A DNA stretch of 64,000 bases from Felis catus. Lineage: Eukaryota. The stretch lies in NCBI RefSeq assembly GCF_018350175.1, contig NC_058368.1:124622001-124686000 (forward strand), in the 5' to 3' direction. The position numbers and the translations under genes were made by a program. The notes beneath the pieces were generated by a model. The model was not told the DNA's origin, ran no database searches, and saw nothing but the letters and a program-made list of their open reading frames with translations. Shown piece after piece: positions 36,827-49,552 of this stretch. The number at the start of each line of letters is the position of its first letter. The stretch's first letter is position 1.

Positions 36827-37636
36827 TTAGCAACATTTTTTTTTATCCATGTGGAATCAAATTAGAATGACCATTGAGGACAGTTTATAAGGGGAGAAGT
36901 CACAAATGGAAGCATACACCATGGATGTGAAAGGGCAGAGCATCCCTGCCAGCCTCTGAGCTGTGTAATGGCAGAAATTTTAATCAATTTTACATCTAAA
37001 TGTCCAGTCATCTCTGGCACACCTCACTGGCTTCGCACCTTTTCCTTTCCTGCCTCCAAAATCCCATCTTTGAAGTTAAGTCAGTTCTACAATAGGGAGA
37101 GGGACAGGAAGAAGAACCAGGCTAGACTCCATGAACATAGACAAATTTGGAAGTGTTAGATCAGAGAAATTTTGCACTTGAAGCTCCTTAGAAAGTATAG
37201 TGTTAGGTCTTCTGGTTTCACATACAAGAGAAATAAGCCTCCAAGTCAAGAACTGATTTGCTCAGAGTCATATAATCAAGCCAGTGTTGGCTGAAACTTG
37301 AGCCCTGGTTCCTCTGCTCTTTTGATTCCCCTAGACTACCTCTTTACAAAGAGGTAAGAAAAGAGCCTATACACTCGCTGAGAATAGACAAGAGGCTGCC
37401 CAGGGATGGGCAGGGGCAGTGCGGACAAGGAACCTAAGTGCAGACTTGCCTGAGATGCTCCACACATCGGTCCGGTCTTGCTCTTCTGGGGTCATGATTT
37501 ACTGTGCACACAGTCAGGTCATGGGCCATTGAACTGGTCACTGAGATGTCAGGAAGAAGTGGTTCTGACCATGTGACCTTGGCTTCATTAGCTACTACAT
37601 GGATGAAGTTGATCAACTATGGTCAAGAAAACCCAC

Positions 37637-37817
37637 GGGGCGCCTGGGTGGCTCATTCATTTCAGTGTCCGACTTTGGCTCAGGTCATGAGCTCGCAGTT
37701 CATGGGTTCAAGCCCCACATCAGGCTCTGTGCTGACAGCGTGGAGCCTGCTTTGGATTGTCTGTCCCTCTCTCACTCTCTCACGTAAATAAACATTAAAA
37801 TTTAAAAATTAAAAAAA
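37637..37817 (+). mobile_element. CAN-SINE (shorter body)
   Basis: 21-bp TSD with one mismatch: AACTATGGTCAAGAAAACCCA (37615-37635) / AACTATAGTCAAGAAAACCCA (37818-37838). Confidence 0.96.
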
Positions 37818-39084
37818 AACTATAGTCAAGAAAACCCAAGAACCCAAGTTTTCAGAAATTAGAGCCCTCCTATTTCCATATAATCAAATCTAGAGAAAAA
37901 ATAATGGTTTTCAAATTTTCTGACTTCTCAAACTAATCAGAAAAAGACATTTATGACACCAACACACACATATAATTACTCTTCTTTACAGCCTGATAGC
38001 AACAAAAGAAAAAAGAGAACCAAATTACTCATGTGTAAATGTGAAATTAATAGCTTCATAAACCTGAAAAAGCAATAGCTGCACAGATTATCCAGAAGAA
38101 AAGAAAGATTTTTTTCTCAAGCTTCAAATATTTAAATCTTTTTTTATGAAATTCTGTCCAATTTAAACCTTTCTTAGGTTGACCCAGAATAGCCTTTCTT
38201 GGTAACTGTGCCAACGTTGGATGAGTCTTACTTTAACAAATCTTCTCCTATTAGCAAACATATTTCTCAATCTAGTTCACTGCCAACACTCTCCTCTCTC
38301 AAAGAGTAGACCAAGAATAGGTCTCACTACCCTCAGTGGCATCTGTTTCTCATGAGTATGCTGTCTTGCTGATGAGCCATCAGCTTTCTGAAGAGCTAGC
38401 CCTGAAAGGCACCCAGAAATCAAGCATACAGACATCTGCTGCTGTGATTGTACCTGACTACTATTTTGGAGGGGCATGAACATCCAAGATGAAGCCATTG
38501 TCAGTACGTGCCTGATCTTGAAAGATCTTGGCCAGCCACACGTTCTTCTCCTGTTTTTCCAGCAAGACCAACTTTCATAAATGATCTTGTAGTTTTGTTT
38601 TTATCTTCTGGCGCCACAGCTGTCAAACTTTGTAGCATGAATCCATTTCTGTTACCAGATCCACAACGCACTCAGTGAAGTTGGCACTGACACCTGAACC
38701 AAGTCATCGCATGTGAACTCTATGCCTTGCCTCCAGTTACAGCACATTCACTCAAGTCAAAGCCTTTTGGGATCTATTCAGAGTCATCCAGTGAAAAGTC
38801 AGCTCGTGCAGTGGTCTCTAAGATTCTAAAGTGGCCCTGCTCCTAGTCCACTCAAATCATTTCTATTGGAGTGTGAATGTTGGGGTTTTTCTCTCAAATC
38901 GTGTTCAAAGAGGTGTTCTCTGGGAGACAAGGAAGAGGCACATCAGGAAGGAGGGGAGCTGGTTCTTTTAGCTAATGGAATTTTCATAACCTTAAGAGAA
39001 GGCATATCATTTTGGATCTGAAACCAAACTCCTTAAATACCAGACTTTAAGTTCTTGTAGGTATTTTTACTAATGTTTATTTAT

Positions 39085-39291
39085 TTTAAATAAATTTTTT
39101 AATGTTTATTTATTTTTGAGAGAGAGAGACAGAGCATGAGTGGTATAGGGATAGAGTGAGAGTTGAGACACAGAATCGGAAGCAGGGTCCAGGCTCTGAG
39201 CTGTCAGCACAGAGCCCGACACGGGGCTTGAACCCACAGACCATGAGAGCCGAAGTCCTATGCTTAAATGACTGAGTCACCAACGTGCCTC
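39085..39291 (-). mobile_element. Felid-type CAN-SINE, diverged, with an internal deletion of about 11 bp
   Basis: GAGACACAGAATCGGAAGCAGG...GCTGTCAGCACAGAGCCCGAC; degenerate TSD CTAATGTTTATTT / CTGATGTTCATTT. Confidence 0.94.
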
Positions 39292-40881
39292 CTGATGTTC
39301 ATTTTTGATAGGCAATTTTGTTGTGTTTTGTTGTGTTTTGAGTTTAAGCCATGATAAATGACCTTCCTTGTGTTTTCCTTCCCCAGATTACATCAATATT
39401 AGGCACCTAGTATGTGTGAGACCTTTGCTTAGAGTTTTAAAACGAAATTTTATCTTTTGGGATAAAAGTCTTTCTAATAAGCAAGTTCTCTGTCTCTAAT
39501 GGTACCACCAAAGGGACAAAGGGTGTTGGGTGAAGAGTGGGGCTGAGGGATGTGCAGGGATGACCTTAGAGATGTTATTCTCAGAGAAAGAACAAAAACT
39601 CAGTTTCCTCATTTCTCTTTAGAGTACCGTATGTTTTTATCATCCTATTTTGAATCTATTAATTTTGCCCTGTTACACCTCAACAATTGGCAGTTCATAT
39701 ATGAAACAGCACTTTCTTTAACTGTCCAGAGTCAATTCTCTTTCAAGCTTCAAGAGAATATTGATGAAGCTGTCCATGTACACACTATTTGAACCTGTCA
39801 GATGATACAGACTATTCTTTCACTATGTATTTAGAGTATGCTCTTTTACTGACACTTTGAGTATCAAAGGCCAATTTTTACCTAATAAGACTAATAAGAC
39901 ATTATTCAACAGTCTTGATAATGCCATTGATACTGAGCTCCTATGTTCTGCCCTCATCTGCCTCTTTGCTGTGCATAGATATAAATGTTATAGATTTTAC
40001 AGTCCTGTTCAAAACACCACAGACCTCATAATGCCTTGTATTGTCATTTGTCTTTTGCCTGGATGTCCTCCATCTCCAACCAGACTGGAGAGATAAATCA
40101 ACCTTCCCAACTTTAGAGAAAACAGTCCAGTTCTTCTACCATTTTGAATGCTTGGTCCCTAGCACAGAGCCCAGATGCTCCTGTTCTTGATGGTCAAAAT
40201 GCTAGTTAAACCAAGTGTTTTCCAGATTTGAACTGCACTGTCCTCTTAGATATCATATGTCTAAATCTCAAATCTGAAATCTCCAGAAACATCTCCTTCA
40301 GAAAAGTGATAAAAAATCTAGAATATTGTTAAGTTGGGAGGAACCCAAAGATTCATCTTGTCCATCAACTTCATCTTAGAGATGATGATACTGAAGTCTT
40401 CCTGAAAGGAACTTGAGTAAAATCTCCGGTGAGAATGTTTGGAATTGGCTATTCATGTTTAATGGACCTAACCACTTTGGCAAAAATGTGGAGATTAAAA
40501 AAATTCTAGGCCTTTTCTCATGCTCTGAGGGAAAGTTTCAACACTTAAATTGATCACAAGAGTAAATAAAAACCATTATTTGTGTGAATGCATTGTTCTT
40601 CCAAGGATCTCAAAGTGGAATGTTATTAAGGGGAGAATTTTTTTTCTAGACTTTTAATTTTAGGGGCTAATTGCATCTCCATAATGATTAAAGTGGGAGA
40701 AACAAATAGGCCTGCAACATGCCTAGTACAGTGTAAGAAACAGCTTCGTTAAAAGAGTATTTTTTCTTTTAAAACTTAAGTATTCTATAAACCTTTATAC
40801 AATATAGGAAACTCCTTCCTTTCAAATTCAATACAATGTATGAAAAAAACGTTGATGGATTATTTACTAAATAGCTAACTA

Positions 40882-41100
40882 GGGGCGCCTGGGTGGCTCA
40901 GTCGGTTAAGCGTCCGACTTCGGCTAAGGTCATGATCTCACAGTTCATGAGTTCGAGCCCCGCATTGGGCTCTGTGCTGACAGTTCAGAGCCTGGAGCCT
41001 GCTTCACATTCTGTGTCTCCCTCTCTCTCTGCCCCTTCCCTGCTCATGCTGTGTCTCTCTCTGTTTCAAAAATAAATAAACATTAAAAATTTTTTTTTTA
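40882..41100 (+). mobile_element. Felid-type CAN-SINE with intact Pol III A and B boxes
   Basis: A box TGGCTCAGTCGG 40894-40905, B box GTTCGAGCC 40951-40959, TSD core AGCTAACTA. Confidence 0.97.
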
Positions 41101-41259
41101 AAAAGCTAACTAAAAGGCTCCATTACAGGATCCTTATTTGAAGGATTCAGGACAGAGTTCCTGCATATGAAATTGCACTGTATAATTCCATAATAAAAGT
41201 CTAACATGATTTTTTAAAAACCTCTAAGTATTATGGGAGTTTTACAATACAATCTAGTT

Positions 41260-41740
41260 AGCAGCAACAAAACTGGTACAAACATTTTTGAAAGCATTTT
41301 GGAAATTAAGTATCAAGTGCCCTAAAAATATTAATGTAACCTGACTCAGCAATTCTACTTCTGAGAAACTATCCTTAGGAAATTAAGCAAAATGTAAGTA
41401 GTTTTAAGCACAAAGCTTTTCAAGACAGCATTATTTATAATAGACAAAGATTATAAATAATCTCAATGTTACACTAATAGGGAAATGCTAGTAAATGATG
41501 GTAAAAACACTCAATGGTCTTCATTAAACATGATGTTTACAAGATTTGTAATGACATGTAAAAATATTTTTGATAAAACATTAAGTAAAAAGACCAGAGT
41601 GCAAAAAATCTATGGCATGGGCATATCAAGAGACTTGAAGAAAATACAACAGAGAAAATACAAACAAAAATATTTATAGGTAGGATTCCTTTAATCTTTC
41701 TTTTCTTTATAAATTTCTACATTTTCTAAATATTCTACCA
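41260..41740 (+). mobile_element. Ancient L1 (L1ME-like) 3' fragment
   Basis: AAACTGGTACAAACATTTTTGAAAGCATTTTGG...TGACTCAGCAATTCTACTTCTGAGAAACTATCCT...CAGCATTATTTATAATAG. Confidence 0.85.
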
Positions 41741-44700
41741 TTAGAGTGTTACATTCCTATAAATAAAAATAATTTTCAGTTTAAAAATGAAAGAAAAGAG
41801 TAAACCCAAATGAATGATAAAAGTATGCAATGTTGGGTCAGAGCTATTGCTTCCTGATTCTACATTTATTTTATTGAATTCATGAAAAATGTATGAGTGA
41901 AGGGAACATCTGTTCTTCAGAATCAACATGGCTGGAATAACAAGTCTGATTATTTGGCATCAGGAGCAGACTCCACTGTCCACCTGAGTTAGCCAGCCAC
42001 AGTATTATTGCAGAAGTTATTGCTTTAGTTTAGTAAACTTCGACAAGCATCTACTGTACCTAAATTGGACTGGACTAGCAGCCACTGAGACTATAGAAGT
42101 AAGTAGACATGATTCTAGCCCTCAATATTATGTGGGTGAGACATGAGTGATCATTATTCAACACAGGTATGTTAATGGCTCTAGTGGAGGTAACTGGGAA
42201 AATGATGTGAGAATGTAGAGAAGTAAGAAACTAATTCAGACACCCTTTAGATGGCAATGTTTTTTGTCAATGCCTAGATATCTGCATAAAAACAACCCAC
42301 TTTGTTCAGGGAAACATTTTTGTCTAGTACCTGGGAACTACAATAATCTATACCCATGAGAATATTTTGCTTTTACAGTGTTTTGCAACATATTTAGAAT
42401 ACCTTTCGAGATTCTAAAAGGACTTACTTTACCTACATATTCATATATATCCTCAACAGACTCCTCTTAATAAGGGTGGGAACCTGTACCATCATCACCA
42501 ATGGAGGGACAAAGACAAGGAGGTTTTTACTGAATCATCTTCCTTCTCACTGGTGTATGTTTTATCTGGAAAGTGGTGATAGGAACAATCTGAGCCAGGA
42601 TGGGACAAAAGTGTTTGAACAAACACTTTTCATTCAAGAAATACAGAGGGAATTATTAGTCTCCAAATCTATACAGCAACTCTTCAGTCTTGATTTAAAA
42701 AATAATAATAAAGCTAGAGTTGGGATAGTGGGAGAGGAACCAGAAGGCTCTTCTAACCAACTCATACCCCCATCTTGAAACTCTGACTCCCTCTGTTCCC
42801 TGACAATCTCCAGCCTTGGAAAGCATGGAAGGAGAAGAATCATGGGAAAGTTGATCTTTATCTGTCTAGGGAGCAGAAGAGCAATAAAAGCTGTCAAAAA
42901 CCTGGAGTATCATACTCAGCTGCCTTTTTCTTTTTTCATTTCCCCCTCCTTTCTCATTAAGATAACTTTTGGTAGACACACACAAAAAAGGAAGGACTCC
43001 AGTCCTCTACAGAGTGACATTCTAACAAAACAAATCTCAGTTTGTGCAATGATGCCTTAAAAGCCTGTATCCACAAATACAACAGGACACAGCTTTCTGA
43101 GATACCCACATGTTCAATATTTGTGGATAAGGTTAATGAGAGTTAGTCCACGAAGACTTTTAAAAAGGAGAAAAGGTCTGGGTTTGAGTAGAGGCTAAAC
43201 GTCATGTTTATATTAAGTGGAAGTTAAAAATGCTTTATTCAACTTTGATTCAAAATCAAAGATTCTAAAGGTCTAGCCTTGGTTTCAAGCTAAGCCAAGT
43301 TCTGTCATTTTAATGATGCATTTTAGAAAATAAGGGGAAAATGAAATAAAAAAGAGGTCTTTGGTCAGTATAAAAACACAAGTAAGACTGTGATACTTAA
43401 ATGTGGTTTACTATGTCAAAATCTGCCTTAAATATTTTAATTCTCTGTGTGCTTGAGTGTCTGGGTGGTCTAAGTTCATAAAGTGGCCTCAGTGAAGACA
43501 CAGTCCCTCTCCCATTTCTCAGGATTCTGAGCAGTTGTTCATGAGCCATATTGTATGAATGACATAATGGCCAGATGAACCTTAGTGATATTGCAGAGTA
43601 ATTACTTTAAAACGGTCCAATTAGCTTTAGTCTCATGTTTAGTTAAAATTATGCCCTTGGAAAGGTCATGTGAAAGACTCAGAAGCAATTAGTGGAATAT
43701 TTGATGAAGCCCCAGTTCTCAGAAAGCCATCAAGGCAAAGGAGCTGAAACCACTCCTTTCTCCCTCAAAACCATGGGTGGACCTTCATTCACTAAAGCAC
43801 TTCTATCAGGTCAGCCCAGGAACTAATAAAGCATTGTGGAAAGAGGTTTAATAAACAGAAAATCCCATGAACAAACATCAAGCCTGTACTGTGCCTACAA
43901 AAACGTCATCCTTAATTAACACTGCAAAACAGAGAGGGCCAAGGATTTTCACATCCTGCCAAGGCACCAGCATTAGCATCAGCTTCTGCAACTGCTTTAC
44001 TTCTGGGCTTCATTTTCAGCTCAGGAGCCCATATAGTGCCTTCTTTTCTTCACCTACATTTCTGCTGCTTTTCCTCATCACACCCTCCATCTGAGCAAGG
44101 AAAACATGTCCATTCCTCCTTCACACCTATTTCATCTTTCCCCTTCAGTTTCTCCCACTCTCACTCCAGTTAGGGCTGCTCTTTTCTGTAATGGGTCAAC
44201 CTTGCAAGCCTGAAGGCTTGTTTTCCATTCTCTTAAGATAAGTGTTTTCCTTGTGGTTCTCTCTTCCAGAAGAATTCCATTATTCCAATCAAAGACTGGA
44301 GGTTAAAACATGAATCTTTAACATCCCTATAGGTTACCTCTTTAATAATATATGAGATAAGATGATAAGCAAATAGAGGCACCCAGTTTGCTAAACAATA
44401 TGGCTGGTAGAAGACTAACAGCAGAGGGCCAGAATCATCTGTAGAGATGGGTCTTCAAATTTTTAATTATATTTTTAATGGATAAGTCCTAAAGCAAGTT
44501 CTTCAGATTTTCCATGTCCTCAGAAAAATCATGAGAACTCCTTAACAACCAAGGCAAAAAACAGTTGATAAAATAATAAATAACTTTGTTTGTACTTGTA
44601 TTGAAAAAGCTAATCATTGACTTAAATTATACTTTTTTACAGGTGTCAGTAGAGAAATAGCATTTTTTGAACCTGGGTCTCCAGGTTTACTTGAGAAACT

Positions 44701-45257
44701 TTATTTACTTGAGAAACTAATGATTTTGATAAAGCTTGATTATCTAATGCTTAATGTTAGCTAGAGAAATACAAATGAGAATAACCAATGACTTTGATAG
44801 TGGGTGAAGTGCAGAAGTGGATCAGAAGAAGATACTGAACACATATTGGTGCCTCTGCTTTCTCACTGGGGAGGCTAAGAAGAGGGGAATGTCCTTGGGC
44901 TGAATTCCATCTGGCCTCTACTTAATGCTCTTTCCAAAGGCACTTCTGGCTTTCTTATCTCTCTGGAGACTTATCTATGGGATTTTAACTCAAGTCTTTT
45001 CAAGACCCTTGGACAGATTTTCTTTCTGGAACAATTTCTCCATTATGTGTGTGCTTCCTGATTTATTATTAAATCCAAACCTTATCAAAGGTGAAGAACA
45101 AAACTTTGGTTCTTTTATCTCTACACAATCATTTTTCCCTGCCCTCTATTTCCTTCCCTGGAAACAATGACTCCTGTACTCCATGTTCTTGAAGATTCTG
45201 TCTCTTCTGAACATTTGTACTGCGAACACTATATGCACCTTCACCATGGTACTTCCT

Positions 45258-45482
45258 TTTTTAAAAAATAATTTTGTTAATGTTTATTTATTTTTGAAAG
45301 AGAGAGAGACAAAGTCAAAGTGGGGGGTGGGGGAAAGAGAGAGGAAGATACAGAATCCGCAAGAGGCTCCAGCCTCAGAGCTGTCAGCACAGACCCAGAT
45401 ATGGGGCTTGAACTCACAAACCATGAGATCATGACCTGAGCCGAAGTTGGACACTTAACCGACTGAGCCACCCACACGCCCC
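45258..45482 (-). mobile_element. Felid-type CAN-SINE
   Basis: Reverse head ...CCGACTGAGCCACCCACACGCCCC; TSD CACCATGGTACT / CACCATTGTACT. Confidence 0.95.
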
Positions 45483-47389
45483 ACCATTGTACTCTCTATG
45501 GCCTAACTCCAAAAACAGTGGACACACCCCAAACCATAAGCCTGTTAGAGACATTCCAACCAGCACAGCCTAAATGACAGCCTAACATGGGTCCTTGAGG
45601 TCAATGTGCTAGCTTACACTGCTCAGTCTTTTCCATGTGGAGCAGTCCCCACAAAGAGCATTCCAACTTAGACACTTCAGTTATAAGCTTAGTTCCAAAT
45701 CACTTGCCTTAAGCCAACTTTAGTTCTCCATTCTATTTTCTCTGGATTTTTGCAACCACCATCCTTTGTACACATGTTCTTATTTGTATCCTCCATCTAT
45801 CCTTTAGAATTAATGCACAGTACCATCTTCTTAACTACAACACTGGCGCAACCCAACAATTAGGTTGGTTTTTCCTCAGCCACACAGTTTGGCTTGCTTC
45901 TCCGGGCAGCTTGGTACCTTCCTAGGTTAGACCCACTTTCTAGGTCCAACATATTTCTCCCTGATATAGCAAATGAAACAGAGGAAGAAAATTAAGGGAT
46001 TATGAAGTTACAAAGGAACAGTTGGGGCTCTGTTATTTAGCACAACCAGGATCAGGTAATTTGTCAATTAAAACTCAGAGGAAACAAGTACGGAGCATCT
46101 GGCTGCTAGAAAGTAAGAGATAGTATCACATAGAGGGAATGACAAGTAGCAGGTAAACTAGTGAGCTGATTAAATGGAGGTCAGTTGATAAAGCCACCAC
46201 TTTAATCCTCAATTTCTCTATTATACCCACCAAAATTTACCTCCTAACCTAAAAAAACAAACAAACAAACAAAAAAACCCACAAACAATTTAATCTTATT
46301 ATGACATTTCCTGAAGCTGCAGGTCCAAGTAAGTGGCCTCTTCACAATCTCTGTTCCCCTTACTTGTGACCCAGAACATCTTCTAAAAATTATCAGTCAC
46401 TCTGATTGAGAATTTCTGCCAAATGTAGAAGACAGTAAGTACAAACAATTCAAATTCAAATCTCAACACAGATGGAATATGAATAATAAAAATCATGTTT
46501 CACTAGGAACCCAATAATAGCATCATTTGATTAGGCCAATTCACAGTAGTAATTGCAACTTGGTATGTTATTCGTACATCTATTTGAAATTTTGGAAGAC
46601 TCTGCACAGCACAGTCAGGAGGCTTTGAAAGCCTGGAGCCCTTTCTGTTGTTTCAATAGTGCCAGCCACAGCATGTTTAAACACTGCTGTTGCTAGCTGG
46701 GTGCCAATGTGGTTTCACTAGCAAGTATGGGCAAGGATATTTTTTAAAAACTGAAAATGATTTCTGCCAAACCATGGAACAACTGCTAAATCTACCAACT
46801 CTTAGAACAAACAAATAAACAAAAATAACACCTCTGTTCATATATAGTGATTCTGTGTAAAAATCATTCTTGTCACAAACACACTTAACTCCAGGGCCTT
46901 ACTGAGAAATCTCATGGTGGGAAGCTTAGAACTATAATCAAAACAATAAGTAATCTCTCCACTCCCCTTCCTTCATTCACCTACAGCCCTGGCAAGCCAA
47001 CAAGACACATTCTGAGGAGTACATTCAGATGAATCTGAGACCCTGAAAGGAGACCTAAGTAAAGGTAGACTGCCTGGGAAACAGCTGTCAGTTACATTTA
47101 TCATTAAAGATGTTTGCACTGGGGGGTTGTTTGCTCATAAAAAGAAAGAAAAGGAAGAGAGTGGATTTAGAGATCCAGAAAGCCAAATGTGTAGTATTTG
47201 CATGATTATAAATACTAAAATCTATACATAAATCAAGTACATAGATATGCTACTCTTCATCCACTCCCAGCCCATTACTAGATTATTAATTTGAGAGCTA
47301 GGACATTGCTTCTCATTCTTTGCCATCATGCTCACTTTTCACTGAGACTTTACTGATATAATACTTTACACAGGGCAGCTGCTTAGTAA

Positions 47390-47580
47390 ATGCAGTATAG
47401 TATAGAAGGTAAGAGCAAGCCAGATTGCCCACGGTTCAAATCCCAAGCCTAACACTTGATAGCTGTGAGATGGGCATACCAAATAACTTCTCTGTATCTT
47501 ACATTCCTTAATTAAATGTAAAGCACTTAGAGGAAATGATTGGTGATAGTAAATGCTCAGTAAATACTGGCAATTATCAT
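47390..47580 (+). mobile_element. MIR SINE
   Basis: GCAGTATAGTATAGAAGGTAAGAGCA...GGTTCAAATCCC...AGCTGTG...ATGTAAAGCACTTAG...TAGTAAATGCTCAGTAAATA. Confidence 0.8.
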
Positions 47581-47983
47581 TAACTAACTACAACTGGTTA
47601 AGCTCTGTTAATCCATGACCCACTGATTAGTTCCTAGAAGAAGAAACTCTAGAATGGAAATGCAGTTTTCAATCAGTAATAGAGACACAGCCTTTCTTCA
47701 AACTCGGGACATTGTATCTGAGCATGGATAATCTAGAACCATCAAAGTTGTGTCCTCAGAAATAATCAATAGATATGTTATATCTCCTGCAATCTAACCA
47801 CTAGAAGGGATGCCCTGTGGATCTGCAGGTCTTGGTGACCAAATGGAAAATACATTGATGTATAATAAAGAAACTCAAATTGTAGAATAGTTCTATCCTT
47901 AACTACCTGTGTGACTTTGGTATAATCATGTTACCTCTCTGTATTTCAATGTTTTCATACATATAATGAGAAATCTGATCTAG

Positions 47984-48435
47984 CAGTGCTATCCAGTTGA
48001 ACTTTCTGCTGTGATGAAAATGTTCTGTAACTGCACTTTCAGGTATGGTAGCCACTAGCCACATGTGGCTACTGAACACGTAAAGTGTAGTGGATGCAAC
48101 TGAGGAGCTGCATTTTTTTTTTAATTTTTTTTTCAACATTTATTTTTGGGACAGAGAGAGACAGAGCATGAACGGGGGAGGGGCAGAGAGAGAGGGAGAC
48201 ACAGAATCGGAAACAGGCTCCAGGCTCTGAGCCATCAGCCCAGAGCCTGACGCGGGGCTCGAACTCCCGGACCGCAAGATCGTGACCTGGCTGAAGTCGG
48301 ACGCTTAACCGACTGCGCCACGCAGGCGCCCCGAGGACCTGCATTTTTAATCTTCATTTTATTTATTTTCAATTAATTTATATTTAGTTTTACACAGCCA
48401 TATATGGCTAGTGGCTACCATATTAGACAGTACAG
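47984..48435 (+). mobile_element. MER3 MITE interrupted by a SINE and itself inside a MIR3-like element
   Basis: CAGTGCTATCCAGTTGAACTTTCTGC...GGTAGCCACTAGCCACATGTGGCTACTGA...GGCTAGTGGCTACCATATTAGACAG. Confidence 0.92.
48118..48332 (-). mobile_element. Young felid CAN-SINE
   Basis: TSD GAGGAGCTGCATTTTT (48102-48117) / GAGGACCTGCATTTTT (48333-48348). Confidence 0.98.
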
Positions 48436-48619
48436 ATAGTGTATTTTCTAAGATCTTTTCTGGTTCTAGCATTCTGTGATTCATAGAACTTCTTTAGGTA
48501 AAAACAAAAAAAGGTGGGGGGAGTAAGTATTATTATAGTGGATCTTAAAACTTATTCAGTCTCTAGGGTCTGTATACTTTGGAAGGTGGCTAAAAGCAAA
48601 TATATAAAAAGGGACCTTT

Positions 48620-48803
48620 TTTAAAACTTTTGTTAATGTTTACTTATTTTTGAGAGAAAGAGAGAGTGCAAGCAGGGGAGGAGCAGAGAGAGACACACAC
48701 AGAATCAACACAGAGCCCGACGCGGGTCTCTAACCCACGAGCCATGAGATCATGACCTGAGCCAAAGTTGGACGCTTAACTGACTGAACCACCCAGGCGC
48801 CCC
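48620..48803 (-). mobile_element. Felid-type CAN-SINE with an internal deletion of about 30 bp
   Basis: Perfect TSD TAAAAAGGGACCTTT (48605-48619 and 48804-48818). Confidence 0.96.
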
Positions 48804-49138
48804 TAAAAAGGGACCTTTAAGAATACAGATTTTGACAAAGTAAGAGTAGTTCTGCCTGGGGAGAGTGGAGTACTCTCATGACCCTCCAGGATATTTTCCA
48901 AGTCTTTGTACCCAGCTTGAAAGTCTTACTGAAAAACAATTTGCTGTAAGCCGGTAAAACAGATATATTATTACCATTATTATTATTATTATTATTATTG
49001 ACTTACAGATGAAGAAAGCGATGCAAAGAAACATTAAGGGACTTGTCCCAAGCTATCCAGCTAGAAATAAATAGGTGTACCAGGAAATGAACCCAATTAA
49101 CTCCAGAGCCTGTCTTTGTAAAAATGAAAACAAACTTC

Positions 49139-49341
49139 CTTTTTTTTAAAGTTTATTTATTTATTTTGAGAGAGAGAGAGAGAGCACAAGTGGTGGAGAG
49201 GCCAAGAGAGAGAATCCCAAGCAAGCTCCTCAATGCCAGCTCAGAGCCCAGTATGGGGGTTGAACCCACGAACCGTGAGATCATGACCTGAGTCAAAGTC
49301 AAGAGCTGGACACTCAACCAAGTGAACCACCCAGGTGCCCC
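49139..49341 (-). mobile_element. Older-subtype CAN-SINE
   Basis: Perfect TSD ATGAAAACAAACTTC (49124-49138 and 49342-49356); GAGAATCCCAAGCA and TCAAGAG diagnostics differ from the young copies. Confidence 0.95.
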
Positions 49342-49354
49342 ATGAAAACAAACT

Positions 49355-49552
49355 TCTTAATGAAGAATAGCATAGCATACAGAACAATGTTCAAATCAAA
49401 AGTTCACACTTGAATGAAAATTTTTAAAAAGTGCACACTTGATAAATTTCGTCAAAGCAAGCATACCCAGATCATTTTCAGAACATGGTCCCATTCAGTC
49501 ACTGCTCACCCTACCCGAGCTAAGGACACCCACTATGCTGATTTCTAACACT
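49355..49552 (-). mobile_element. Ancient L1 (L1ME/MC-like) 3' fragment
   Basis: CATACAGAACAATGTTCAAATC...CACTATGCTGATTTCTAACAC resembles a reversed L1M 3' end. Confidence 0.6.

Noticed and set aside
40882..40965. tRNA-like sequence with A and B boxes
   Set aside because: It is the tRNA-derived head of a SINE with a CT-rich body, A tail and TSD, not a tRNA gene.
44686..44718. 15-bp direct repeat TTTACTTGAGAAACT
   Set aside because: Simple slippage duplication with no further structure.
47631..47639. STAT/BCL6 motif TTCCTAGAA (also 62067-62075; TTCCTGGAA at 34878-34886)
   Set aside because: Isolated 9-mers without a supporting cluster are expected by chance.
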